A stretch of 64,000 bases of DNA from Trichoplax adhaerens (Eukaryota > Animalia > Placozoa): the NCBI RefSeq assembly GCF_000150275.1, contig NW_002060950.1, forward strand, positions 2,778,106-2,842,105, in the 5' to 3' direction. Numbering within the stretch: the first letter of the stretch is position 1; every line of letters begins with the position of its first letter. Under the pieces are notes generated by a model that did not search any database, was not told the DNA's origin, and saw only the letters and a program-made list of their open reading frames with translations. The position numbers and the translations under genes are program-made. Shown here piece after piece: positions 39,517 through 53,200 of this stretch.

Positions 39517-39547
39517 TTTAAAATTGCCATGTTGAAGCTGATTGGTT
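39517..39547 (-). promoter_or_regulatory. Putative NF-Y CCAAT box (AACCAATCAG) followed by TTTAAA (CHR-like) upstream of KIF20
   Basis: Motif match only; lies between the repeat field and the inferred first UTR exon. Confidence 0.35.
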
Positions 39548-39606
39548 ATAACTCGTGTCATGTGATCCAGGCTATTTTAGTCTGCTTCAGGTTTGGCTTT
39601 TGGGGA

Positions 39607-40185
39607 TACTCATGATGCGATCAATGGCAATGAGTCAGTTTATGACTGCGCAAGTGCATAAGAATGGTTAACTCTCCACTCTCCAGTACAGTACAGTGTA
39701 CATACTGTAAGTAGTAGTAGAAAAAAATACCTGCAACTTTATGCAAGTGCGCAAGTGCGTAGGAATGGTTTACTCTCGACTCCCCAGTACTGTAAGTAGT
39801 AGAAAAAATACCTGCAACTATATACAAGTGCGCAAGTGCATAGCAATGGTTTACTCTCGACTCTCCAGTACTGTACTGTAAGTAGTAGAAAAAAACACCT
39901 GCAACTCTATAGATCATAATGGTTTGAACCGAACCGAGCCTTTCTCAGGTCTAACTGTAAGTACAGTAGTTGAAAAAAATACCTGCAAGGCTGCAACTAT
40001 ATACAGTAGATCATAACGGTTCGAACCGAACCTTTCTCAGGTCTAAAAGTCTTACTGTACAGTATACAGTACTGTACTGTACTCATAATGCGATCAATGG
40101 AAATGAATCTGTTTATGACTGCGCAAGTGCAGAGGAATGTGTACGGTACTGTACTGGAAGTAGTAGAAGAAAATACTGCAAGGAA
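39607..40185. repeat. CAGTA-rich field with reiterated ~80-95 bp modules (TGCGCAAGTGC; AGTAGTAGAAAAAAATACCTGCAA) in the KIF20/TCF25 divergent promoter region
   Basis: TGCGCAAGTGC x4; AAAATACCTGCAA-like x4-5; ~50 bp direct repeat at 39607 and 40081. Confidence 0.88.
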
Positions 40186-40871
40186 AACTCTCCTCGGATG
40201 GACGGACCTTACAGACTGGATAGGGCCGAAAAATGTGGAAAAATACTTACTCGTCAATAGAGATCTTCCGTCTTTGTTTTCGAAATTACTCGCATTAATT
40301 TGGATCACATTCATGATTGAAATTGACTGCTGCTAAGCAGAGCTAAGTAACAGGCAATAGAATGCCATGGAATATGGCTTCATTTAGAAAAAAATCACTC
40401 CATTCACATCCACTGTCTGCATACTAAAGTACTGTCAGAATCCAATGTTTGATACAATTTATTGACCAACTACCCTAAAAGGTCTGTCCGTCCAAAGGAC
40501 TTTCCAGTCCAAGTATTCTTTTCTAGTAGTCCATGCATACAGTTTGTAGGCAGTGTTCAATGGACAACATTTTATTCTCGTAAGCATCGACTAAACAGGC
40601 ACAAAAAGTATATCCCTCCCAACCTACATATTGACACAGCTGCTAGATACTTTTAGATCGATTTTTTGCCTTTACAGTCGGTGCTTAACGCCATCAATTG
40701 CCGTCTACAAACATCGCTCTAGGTAGAACTTACCGTACAGTATTTTGGAAGGCACCAGTATTCAAAATGTCCGATGTCGGTATGTCTGTACCATCGATGA
40801 CATCGGACTGTCTACGATTGCTATTGGGAAGGGTTGGGGGGCTAGAGGACTTTTAACCTGGATAAGAAAAG

Positions 40872-43800
40872 ATGTCGTCCCGGGCTATGAGAAAGATTTA
40901 TGGCAGCAATATTGCCTCACTTCAATCGACTGGACCATCGGCTGATATCGATGATCATGCACAGCTTGAAGATGCTGGTAGCGATGAAGATGATCCATAT
41001 AATCCACCAAGGCCTAGTGGTTTCAGTATTTTGGTATGAAATGCATAGATACAGTATTTGTCTAGGCTAGGGATAGAGTCATTCCATAGTCGTCCATGGC
41101 AAGATTGGAGAAGGCCCAATTTGTGGCCTTCTACACCCCAATCCTTAGTAGTTGGCCGAGGATAGTATCAGCCTTTATAATAATGTCATCTACAAATAGG
41201 ATTAGTCACTACTTAGGATAAGAGAAGTAGTATTCTGTAAAAAGTAATTGCTTACTCTGACTACACCCAATATCTAGCATACTGTAATATGCAAGATTGC
41301 GACAGTTTACATTAAGCCTTGCTTAATCTTACCAGTACTCATTGCATGGTTGGCATCACTAGCAAATCTTATTAGCTATTCTATTCATTCATGATCTATT
41401 CTGATAATAACGTCATCAACAAATTGAATTAGTCACTACTTGTGACGAGAGAAGTGGTATTAGGCTAACGCAAAGTCATTTACTTTGACTGCAGAAATTC
41501 GAAAAAATGACTTGCTTAATCTTTACGGTACTACAGCATTTGCTATGCTTAGCGTGACTAGAGATCCTACTGATTCTACCGATTTTTTGTGCACGATACT
41601 ATCAGTGGCTTTGTAACTAATTTGCATGCAGGTTAACCCTTTGCTGTAACTTTAACATACAGTAGATTAACAAACTTGAAGTTTCTGACGATTTGTTAAG
41701 CTTTACCGACACTCTACATTACTGTACTGTATACTAGACTTATCTCTAATATGAATGGGTGAATGATACTCGTATGGACCATATTAATATACTCGTAATT
41801 ATTTTTGTACTCTACTCAAGATGTTCAACATGAGGATAAACTATGTTAAAATAAATGTAATACAATCTACTCTTCATCCATTCTGCTATACATGTAGATG
41901 AACGATCAGGATAGCAACTCAAATAATGAAAATAGTGGCAAAGAGCAAGAGAATTCAACCTCGATGGTAAATGATTAAAATTATGTTTCCACATCATATT
42001 CATTGTACAATAACAAAATCTAAAGGGTATATTATCAAATATCTTATACTGCTAAATTTGAACTGAAATAGTGCCATTTGTAATTTTTAATATGTAGTGA
42101 ATGTATACAGTCTGTACTCATCTTTCAAAAATATAGATTTCAACTTCTTATAAAAATAGATACATTGATAATAAAACCACCACTTTTCTACACTATTTTA
42201 CAATATGTATAGTATAGTATAACGTAATGTCATTATGGAATGCACGTACTTCATTTGTGATGGATGATTAGCCAGTTGACAAGATCATACCTACGACAAA
42301 ATAGAAAAAAAATGATTAGCACAATACTGTATGCATAATTAGACATAATGGTAAAAGAATATTAATTAATTTTTTACCATGCATAGGTCGGAAATACAGT
42401 TAAAGGCAGCAATAAGAAGAAAAAAAAGCGTAAAAAGGCCAATAAAGCTAATAATTCTAAAAAGCAGGTTCAGCATATTGTCTCTCGCACTAAAGCATCA
42501 CTCTTATTTGGAAAAATTCTTATCATAGCAACCTAAAATGCTTTCTACATGCTTGTTACTAATATCCTAATAAAATTGCATCCACTTTCTATGGCATAGC
42601 TTTCAGTTTAGCATATTGTTAATATTGTCGAATCGTATTGATTAATTCTTTTAATTCATAAATCGATGTATAATAGGATGCAAAATTAAGTGTAGAAGTA
42701 GATGAGGTTGAAGCTGCAGTTAAAGCTGTCAACGACCAACTCGGTATATTGCCCGAGCTCGAAACAGGTATCAATCTTCTCGGCATATATCAAAATACTA
42801 CTTGTACTCTTTTTTTCCCTAATTGATAATCAAAATTGAATGACATTTACAAAAAAATTATAACGAACGTGACCATAAACTGACCAATCATATTTTGACC
42901 ACTAGTTAAGGTCGATGATGATAGCTTCGGAAAGATAGCAATTAAAACCCAAGGCTTATTGACTGTTGAACACAGGTAAGATTTATAGAACTAGTAACAG
43001 ACTATCATGTTACTTTGTGTGGTGATTTCATAGAATATGCCACGTACTTCGTAAAGCCGTGAGAAAATGAGCGAATTAACGAAAAGATCGTTAATATACT
43101 TAACCCAGTAGCACTCATTGTACATACTGTACATATATATTTAGTTGGTGGTAACTGGATTATGTTGGATTCATCGCCAGTTGCATTTTATAGCTATAAA
43201 GTAGATGGCTGATATCTATTAAAATTTCACACATGCAGACATTTAAATCCAGATAATGAAATGAGACGAAAATTTGGAACCAGTGCCGCAAAATCCATTA
43301 GGTAAGAATAAAAGAAGAGCATACCCTTAATGGAATATTTAGTTTTTGTAATTATAAGTATTCCTTTAGAACGCGAGAAAACTAAGACTATACGATATTC
43401 ATTTTGTAGGAAAAAAGTCCGTAACAAGAGAACAACATATCGCTCAACATGGTAAGAATGCGTATGCAGTGATTTTGATTTCATATGCTTTCATCAAATA
43501 GAAGCTGATAAAGACATTATTTTTATATAACAAAGGCTAACCTATCCGAAAGAAACTTGGCCTCCAATGATAAAATTAGGTATGCGAATGCTAAGATTTT
43601 TGAGGTTTTCAGGTAGACCTAAAACGCACATAGATTATGTACAATTCATATCATAATGTCGATTATACGATATATACGATATATTCTTTAGGTTTAACTA
43701 TGTCTCTTATTGAACATAAAAATGGGTAGGTTACATTATTATAATTTTATTTTATATATCAAATTTATAACGATAAAATAAATAAACTTGCTGGGTGTTG

Positions 43801-46800
43801 TGCATTACAAGGCCTAACGGTATAAATATCCATACGTTTCTTAACTACCTATTTAGAATTTATTACTTCACGTTTGAACATCAACCGGACTATCAAAAGA
43901 TTCAGTTTCAGTTTCTTGACGCAGTAGATACTTATGATCCTAACGCAATTGCTGTAAGTAAAAAATCGCTATTGTACTTAACCATATTCGATAACTCTGT
44001 GACTAAAATAGTTTGTACAGCAGAGCTGCTGCTATATAATTGTACTTAAAATGCAATCGTGTATTAATTTATCAATGGTAGAAACATTATTTTTAACTAT
44101 TGCTATCGAATATTACAAACTAGAAAATTTTAGATTGCTGATTATAATTTACGTATAACTTTTTTTAAAATTTAGCAAGTATTGAATATGTACCCATACC
44201 ATATTGATTCACTATTACAATTGAGTGAAATTTGCAAAATTAGTGAAGATTTTCAGATGGCTGCTCAACTTATAGGTTGGTATTAGTTTACAATTCTATT
44301 GTATGATTCTTTAAGCTTGATGATACTATAACTGATTCCATCTTTTCATCGATATCATTATCCATTATATAATTTAGAGAGGGCAATGTACAGCTTTGAA
44401 AGTACTTTTCATCCTTTATTCAATTTAACACAAGCGAACTGCAGGCTAGATTATTTGAGGCCGGAAAACAGGTTTTTATCAGTACTTCATTTTGCTCTCT
44501 TTGCTTCAACTATGTGCGCAATCCGGTGACTAAAACGTTTTATTTTTAGAGCATTTTATACAACTCTTTTTCAACAAATTAAATTTGTAGGACAGAGGAG
44601 TAAGAATATTTGTAAATGTGCCTTTTAATAATGATAATTACAATATTAAATCTAATACTTTCGTATTGTGCCTAGGTTGTTACAGGACTGGACTAGAACT
44701 TTGTAAACTTTTACTAAGGTATTTCGCTTCTTTTGATAAAATAGAGGTTATCTTACTCCGCTTGTGTACAGCACAGTACTTCTTTGATTATACGCTATCA
44801 GTTTAAAACCGTTACGGTTCAACAAGTTCACTTTTACTAATTCAAATAAAGGCAACTAATAGCATGTTCACATACTTTTAGCCTTGATTCAGACACCGAT
44901 CCGCTCTGCGTTTTGTTAATGATTGATTTTTATGCATTGAAATCTGAAGAATATCGTTACCTAGTTAGAATTTTTAACGAAGTTGAGGTAATCGTCTTAT
45001 TCATAGCGTCTAATTATCTTTGAACAAATATACTTGTAGCCTTTATAAGAACTAGTTTGATGGATTGTCTCTGGACATTAAAAGATTAATTAACAATTTC
45101 AATTTTATCTGCAAATATACTTATACCAAATAATCGTTATTGCAGCACGACAAAAATTTGTCGCAATTGCCCAATTTTGCCTACTCGACGTCTATCGCCA
45201 AATTTTATTTAGCAGCTGAGTCTGGATCACATGATGAAGCTGATAGCCTGGTTAGTGGTGGATGCTATTGTCTTAGAGTAGTATACATACTTTGATTTGT
45301 TAATATAATGTAATGATTGTAATAACTGCGAATGTGCTTACAGTTGCAGCAAGCCCTAATGATGTTTCCTATGGTAAGTAGTACTATTTCTTCGCTCATT
45401 TATCGGATTATTCCTGTACACACTGTAGATAACAATCTTCGTTGTGAATAAACATTACAGGTTTTAATACCTTTGCTTGATAAGTGCTCAGTTAAATTTT
45501 CTCCTGACGTAGTCGAGAATCCGTTTTTTAAATCAAGTTACAGGTAATGATTTAGGTTTAACTATTATTAATGTCTCGAAATGGGATTCCTTCCTTTTTT
45601 AGTGTTATGATTCACGTACGTGTATACTGCGTATGTTGCTGATATATCGTAAATGTGCTTTATTTATTAATTTGATAATGTTGGTTAGCGAGAGTGATGG
45701 ACTTCGAATTTTAGTTAATTTGTATATTGAGCGCTGCTATTCACTATGGAAAATTCCTGAGGTATATTAGTCTTTGATTATTTTAATGATATGTAAAGTG
45801 GTCGTTAATAGTAATATTTCCTAGGTCATCGATTGGTTGGCGAACAATTGTCAGGCGGTCCTTAAACGAATGAATAGTAATGATTTAGGGTCAAAGGAGC
45901 TGTCTGAAAAGTAATTGCGCGTAAAGGCCCTTAATTTAAACTCGTACTAATTTTCAATTAACAAACGGTGCACAAGATGTTGATTTACTTGTTAACCGAT
46001 TAATCTTACATAGGCGAGCCCATAGATATCGGGGCATACCCCGTAATATTTGCAGACATGTAATTCTTTCAGGTATGATAGTTTCGTAATTTTGGTTTCG
46101 GTGCTTTCGTAGGCCCGGCCCCGTCGTGTGTTTTAGAAGTTTCGTACAGTAATGCTAAATTCAATATTACTTATCCTGCTAGACATTAAGAACGTTTCTG
46201 TTTCACTACCTACGGTAAGTTGTAAAACTAGAACATCGCGACATTACCACTTTCTGTATGCTGTGGATCTTTAGAATCATTATGTACGTTATTATAGAAT
46301 TATTGGATGTTAATCTTTAGGACATAGCACAAACTTCTTGGACAATCTTTGATCCCGTGCCTCCTGCGGACAATGTTACTAGTTACACCCGGCCAGCAAG
46401 AACCAGGTATGAGATGAACTACGATATCGTTTATAATTTCGTTTTCTTTTTGCACACCTAACACTTTTCTGAATTATCTTGTTCGTCATGAAACAAATGA
46501 CAATAGATCAGTTGATAATGAAAATGAAAGTTTGATATCTTTGTTCATGCGTTCCCTAATGCCTTCTTTCGCGTCGCAGGTACAAAATTACATTGTGTTA
46601 ATGTAATTTTAAAGCTTTTCTTCAGCAGTTAAATCTACTCAAGCTTGGTAATAAATTCTAATCTGTAATAATGATGCATTTCTTTCTTGTGGTAGAGAGA
46701 ACAAAATCATCAAGGCCAGCAACATGCTGCAGCCGCAGCGGAAGGTGCCATCCAACAATTACCTGCAGGGAATGAAGAGCATCTGCACAATATTTATACT

Positions 46801-46956
46801 ACGACACTGGATTACTTCCGGCAGGCTGCTGCAGAACTGCGAGCTTTTGCAGCTAATACTGCGAATTCAGGGGGCAATCATGATGATGAAAATGACCAAA
46901 ATGATGGCGAAAGTGACGAAGATGAAATCGAGGACGAAGTTAATGTTTTAGATTAA
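40872..46956 (+). CDS. TCF25: TCF25 / Nulp1 / Rqc1 ribosome quality-control factor, many short exons
   Basis: MSSRAMRK.., VEHRHLNPDNEMRRKFG, PKETWPP, YFTFEH..YQKIQFQFLDAV, YPYHIDSLLQLSEIC, LDYLRPENRAFY, CYRTGLELCKLLLSLD..DPL, QLPNFAYS, LQQALMMFP, FDPVPP, acidic tail ending ..VLD*. Confidence 0.93.
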
Positions 46957-47268
46957 AATCATTATGAATTAACTTTGGAGTTTCATCTTGAAATCATAAG
47001 CTGTGTCTATCATTTTTAGTTCATGGTCATGCAATGCCATCAGCCTTAGAGCTACAGGATGTGAAATATTTAAATATATTTTTTCCATTTATACAAGAGT
47101 CCACATTGATTCAATTAATATAAATTTCACAAAACTTTTATTTCATGATAAGGGAATAGTACTAAAATATATGACACCAGTACAATTGTACAGTTTACAT
47201 CTCCTATATATATATTAAAATACAGTACGTAACAAATATCATGTAAACTATTATAAATGATCGTCTTC

Positions 47269-50200
47269 TCACGCAGATAGATCTCCAGTTGAGTATTTTG
47301 TAACGTCATATGTTTCTGCCTTTATTGTTCGACCACCAAACCATCTTCCATTCAGAGCATCAATAGCATTTCCAGCTTCTATAAATTAAGATATTAACAC
47401 TTATGATATAACAGTTGCTCTAATATTGGCAATAAATTAACATATGACTTACGCGATGGTGAATCAAATTCAACAAAAATTTTAACAAGAACATCCGCAT
47501 TGTCTTCTTCCCCTTGACGTTCTTGATATATTATGACACGTTTCACCGTCCCGTATTTGCTACATTCTTCAGTAACCTCAGTTTCTAGATCTTCATCGAT
47601 GTCCTCAACGGAGACCATATTTTTAAGGATAATAACCTGAGATTGCTGAAAATTTATTTTATAACTTAGAAATTGCCAATCCAAAATAAATATAAAAGCA
47701 GTAATAACTAATAGTATTGCTTAGTTGTACTTACTTCCTCCTTTCTAGACAATTTTTGCATCACCATATATCGTGCAGTACTACCCGAAATAGACATACT
47801 TTCTTCGTGGCTTAGACTTTGCATTTCTGGCTGGTTTATCGCATTCTCTTCCGATAATTTCTTCGCATTTGCCAAAACAGCTGCTACTTTCTCTGCTGGT
47901 GTACTTTGTGGTTCTGCTTAAATTTTAGATTAATAGGAAATTGAATTTTGAATTGTCAACATTACTATTTTCCGTAAAATATAATACCTTCTGCAACTAC
48001 AGTAGTAGTTGGAGGAGGAGGAGGAGGAGGAGGAGCAGCAGCAGCAGCAAGAGTTTCTGTTACCGTAACGATAGATGTAGTGGGCACAGTAGCGACTGAT
48101 GTAAGAACAGTGGTTGTTGGTGTTACAGCTACTACGCCAGTTGGAACCGTTGGCAAGACAGTTGTAACACTGTTTATACTGGTGACACCCACTAAATTCG
48201 TTGCTATTAAAGGATTTGCTGCCAAAGTCGCAGTAGGAACTTTAAAAGTAAAAAGTTATAGTTAAAGAAAACGAGACTTGCAACACATAAGTATTATCGA
48301 AAAATAATCATAAATACTCGAAATTCCGGTGTCCTGTGATTGTATCTTAGCGGAAACGGCCGCAGCAGCGAGTGCTGCAGCTGGAGGTAAAGTGTTCGGT
48401 TGTGCAGTAGCCGTAGGAGGTGTCACTGCCTGTCAATTTAAGTATAACAGTCGTATAAATATTACCTGTACAATATCCTAGAAAAGCTGATCTAGACTTA
48501 CCCGTCCAACTCTTAAATATTGTCCTCCAAGATCAAACATGTTCATAGAAGCAATAGCATCCATTGCTGATTGTAGACCGTCTAACTCAATATAACAATA
48601 ACCTCTAAAGTAAAATAAACAATTAATTTGTTAGCATACTTGATATATGTATAATTTGCTTAAGAATTTAAACTACACTACAAATTTCAATTAGCAACAT
48701 AGGACTATATAGCCATTTGCACTTTCTGCATTGCCCGTAACATATACAGTTGAATTCTCCTATAACAGGTTTACTCTAAGCTTACAGACCTGTGTTTACC
48801 GGTAATATTGTCTAAAGGCATCGTGCAAGATTTAATTTTTCCAAATGCTTCGAAAACGCTAAAAAAGGGTTACAACGGCAAAAACAGGAGTTGGTAATGT
48901 TAACTGATCCGTATTATTATATTCATTTAAAATACCTTTTGATATCTGATTCCGAAAGATCTGGATGCACAGATGCAACATAAATGCGCGCATAGTTTTT
49001 AGCTTCTTCTTCAATCTGTTGGATAAGGGGGCCAGCTTGAGGCATTTGGGTCGGCCTTCCAACCTGAAATATTTGTAGCAGAAGATAGTGCCCAATAATA
49101 TCAGTATTGAAAATTATAAAATCTAGAATTTATCACAATTTCATGAACAAACTTTTATATTTCTGCCTCCCATAAGTTGGCCATTCATTTGTTCTAGAGC
49201 TAACTGTGCAGCTTCTGGAGTTTCAAATTCAATGAAAGCAAAACCCTAAAATTTATTTAACCACGCGATAAAATAAATGACATTTTATTACCAATGGTGC
49301 CTTATTTTATGTTAACAAAAAGACAATCAAACCTTATGTTTCATCGTAACTGTATCCCACGAAAGATTAATGTTTTTAATTGGACCGAAAGGACTAAAGG
49401 TTTGCTTGATATGATCTTCACGTAAATCAAAGCTGATGCTTCCTACATATATTCTGTACGAATTTATAGGTATAAAGTTAATGAAATGAATACGACGTAA
49501 CCATCCTTTAAAATCATACCTGCACATTAATGCTAACGCTCTTTGTTGTTGTGCGGCAACTTGCAAAGCAGAAACCTAATATTGATATAAATTAGTGTCT
49601 CTTCATAATATAACGATAACCGAATAAGTAAAATTAGATATGTTACTACATATTTCACGATACCAAAAGCAATAATAATTTATACAATCACTACGGAACA
49701 ATTTATAAAATTGTAAGATAAAAAATAATTTACTTGTTGTTGTTGAACAGTAGCTTGCTTTGTTAGGAGCTGCATTAAAGTAAAATGTTAAAAATTAGTA
49801 AACAGTAATCTGATGTTAGATACTATGCTACGTCAAGTTTATTGCCGATGTACCGACTGAACAGATTGTTCAACAGCATAGCGTTTGGCTTTGCGTAAGG
49901 CTTCTTCTTGGACATCATTTAGTGTCGGTAACTTTGACGCAGCCAGTATATGCTTTGCTACGGTTGAAGCATCATGAACTGAGGCACCAGGACCAGCTAG
50001 CAATTCCCCGGTTTGAATGACTTCTGCACTGGTAGACTGATCTTTATCTAAATGTTAGATTTGTAGCAAGAAATTTCAGTTGATATTGAAACAGTTGTGT
50101 AGCACACTAATCAGTAATTGCTGCTTGTACAGCTCTGCGTGATCAGTAAACGGTTTATACAGAATGATATATTATAGATCAGTTTAAAACACACCAGGCT

Positions 50201-53200
50201 TTAACTTCATACTGTCATCGTTCAACTCTACAGTTACATAAAGAGAAATAAACATCTGTAAAATCTATCAATAATACATGAATCTTTCACGTCCTGGTAT
50301 CTCAGCAAATTTAACTGTAAAAGATATTTTTTCACACACGATTAGTAGTAAGGTGCTGTGCATGGATAAGAAACACTATTAAAATATATAGTGCTTTCAT
50401 ATCAGGATATGCCTATATAGAATAAGATGCATGCTTACTGATTGACCGGTGTCTGGTAAATTTGATAATTAAGCAACTGTACCTAGTAAACGTTATTGCA
50501 TTGTTAATAGCCTCACCATGAAACTCATATTATGACGGATATAGTCAATTCTACTAAGGTATAATCAGTTCCTACTAAAGAAATAACTATTGCTCCAAAC
50601 TGTAAGTAGGTACACTACTGTAAATCTAACAATTGGTATACCGATTTTAATGGCACTACAACTTGTACGATAGATTAAATATTTAATTTTACACCTGTAG
50701 ATAACGTAATTTATGTCCAGATCAAACTTCAAATTGATTCAGCCTTGAAGAAACAACATTACAGTGAAATAACAATGTAACTATAAACAATTATCAATTA
50801 CATGAAAATTTCAATCAATACACTGCAATACGTAATTTCTTCTTCCTATCACACTTCTGATAGACATGATTACATCGTTCGGGGAGTTACTATGCGAATT
50901 ATTATCAGAAGAGAAATACAGAAAGAAAGAAAGAGCAAATACGAAGAAAATAGCTGTTAATGATGGCTATATCATCGCAAACCATTTACTATACAGAATC
51001 AATATTCACAAGCAATGTGTCAAATAATTCGCAATCAGCAATCGGTGAAAGCGTCCTACGTAATTGTACTGTAAGTAACAAGTGTAAGCATACGCGTATA
51101 TACGGTAGTACCCGAAGTATAACGAACGTGAGTTCCACTACTGTAATAATAGCTAAAGTATGCGCGTAAAAACTGTGTTTTTAGACATCAGAAGGTGTAC
51201 ATACTCGTACAAGTTGATCCACTTTATAGTATGCTATTAAAATGATTTTTTTGATAGTGCATTGTACTGTAACAAGTGAGTTTCTTTTGCACTTTGTGAA
51301 AGCCTTTTAAAATTGCTTCCATCAATCTATATGTATAATGTACATATCCATCTTAATTCTAATGATAGGTTTGATTGCAGTATCATCATTGGGAAAAAAT
51401 TTCAGTAAATAATATCACACAAGCAATAGTTTCAATTTTAGTATATGCGTATTACTCCAAGAGCGTAAATTTGATCAGCAAGTAATGGTAATTCATAACC
51501 GATCAGACGCTAACAGGGCAACGTAGACTGAATGATTCTATTCAGATCATCAGACATGCATAAGTTACAATTTTGATCATTACAATAGCAACAATAGTTG
51601 TTAGGGCAGGCAAATTGGATCCAAATATGACTGAAAATGTAGAACGCAAGTGTAGCCAACTAGCCATTCCATCAATCTACTCTACTCGTTGCGCCACTAC
51701 ACTCTATTATTAAGAGCTAACTTGTTAATACTAACTAGTTTACAGCAAATGAACGCTGATTAACCTCTTAATACACTTTGCAACGCAGTATTTTTATGTA
51801 ATATCATGTGATAGAAGAATTGTAAAGCTACAGCTATATACCAGTAGACGATGCAATATCCCAGCCTCGTTTCCTTCTTCGTTGTCTTCGATTGGCCTGA
51901 GCAGACTCATCATCTCCGTTGTCTGCGTCGTTTCTTCCAGCTGTATCGCTGTCGTCTTGTACCGTTGGATCCCTGTTTTCGTCGTCGACACTCTACCAAG
52001 GTAAATAATTATTTAAAATATCACATAAAAGTCTTTTATCCAAGCTTAACTTCATAAGCTCAATTTTCTGTACTATAATATCAAGTTTACCAACTTGATC
52101 GGGGCATTATTATTATTATTTTAAGTTGATCCTGGACAAAGGTAGACTATCATACAGTAAGTTCTATTGTGCGTCAAACACTCAAATTATCCGCTAGAAG
52201 CTACTCAAACACGATTTTCCTAACTTAATACGACACCAACATTGAAGCATGTACAAAAATACATTTTACACAATCACAGTTTACTATAATATGTATCTGC
52301 TAAAGGTCCATTACGGTTGGTGATTACTGCAGTTCGTCATTCATGATGCTAATATAAATCATTCATCTTTCACTTTCTTTCCTACGGTGCAAGAGTTGTT
52401 TTAACTTTTGCCATCACTCCATTTGTCTTTTTGAAGTTTGCGTCTAGCCAATATTAATACATGTGTGTCAAGGCTTAGTAATATAACTTTGATCTGGAAC
52501 AGCGCTTTCTGTTCCTACCTGGCTGTCTACGCATACTGTTATTTCAGCTCAGTATTTTGTATGATTATCTCAATGTCAGAGAAGCAAGATTCTTATACGT
52601 TCAAGGTATACTAATACTGTACTGTTATAGAAGTTCCTTCTTTACTTAATGAAAGCAAAATAAGACTAGATGAATTCATCTCAGGGCTTAGTAATGTAAC
52701 TTTGATGTGGAATAGCACTTTCTGTTGCTACCTGGCTGTCTACGCAAACTCGTATTTCAGCTGTGTATTTTGTATGATTATCTGCATGACAGTGAAAAAG
52801 GGCTCGATTCTAATACGTTCAAGGTATACTAATACTGTACTATTATACAAGTTTCTTCTTTAATGAAAGCAAAATAAGACTTGATGAATTCATCTCAGGG
52901 CTTAGTAATGTAACTTTGATGTGGAATAGCACTTTCTGTTGCTACCTGGCTGTCTACGCAAACTCGTATTTCAGCTGTGTATTTTGTATGATTATCTGCA
53001 TGGCAGTGAAAAAGGGCTCGATTCTAATACGTTCAAGGTATACCAATACTGTACTATTATACAAGTTTCTTCTTTAATGAAAGCAAAATAAGACTTGATG
53101 AATTCATCTCAGGGCTTAGTAATGTAACTTTGATGTGGAATAGCACTTTCTGTTGGTACCTGGCTGTCTACGCAAACTCGTATTTCAGCTGTGTATTTTG

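Noticed and set aside
48011-48049. (GGA)n(GCA)n trinucleotide run
   Set aside because: Ordinary poly-Ala/poly-Pro linker within PUF60.
51794-52057. Listed ORFs 51794-51991 (-) and 51851-52057 (+) as independent genes
   Set aside because: They overlap the PUF60 exon in other frames; only the SVDDENRD frame is phase-compatible with the flanking exons.
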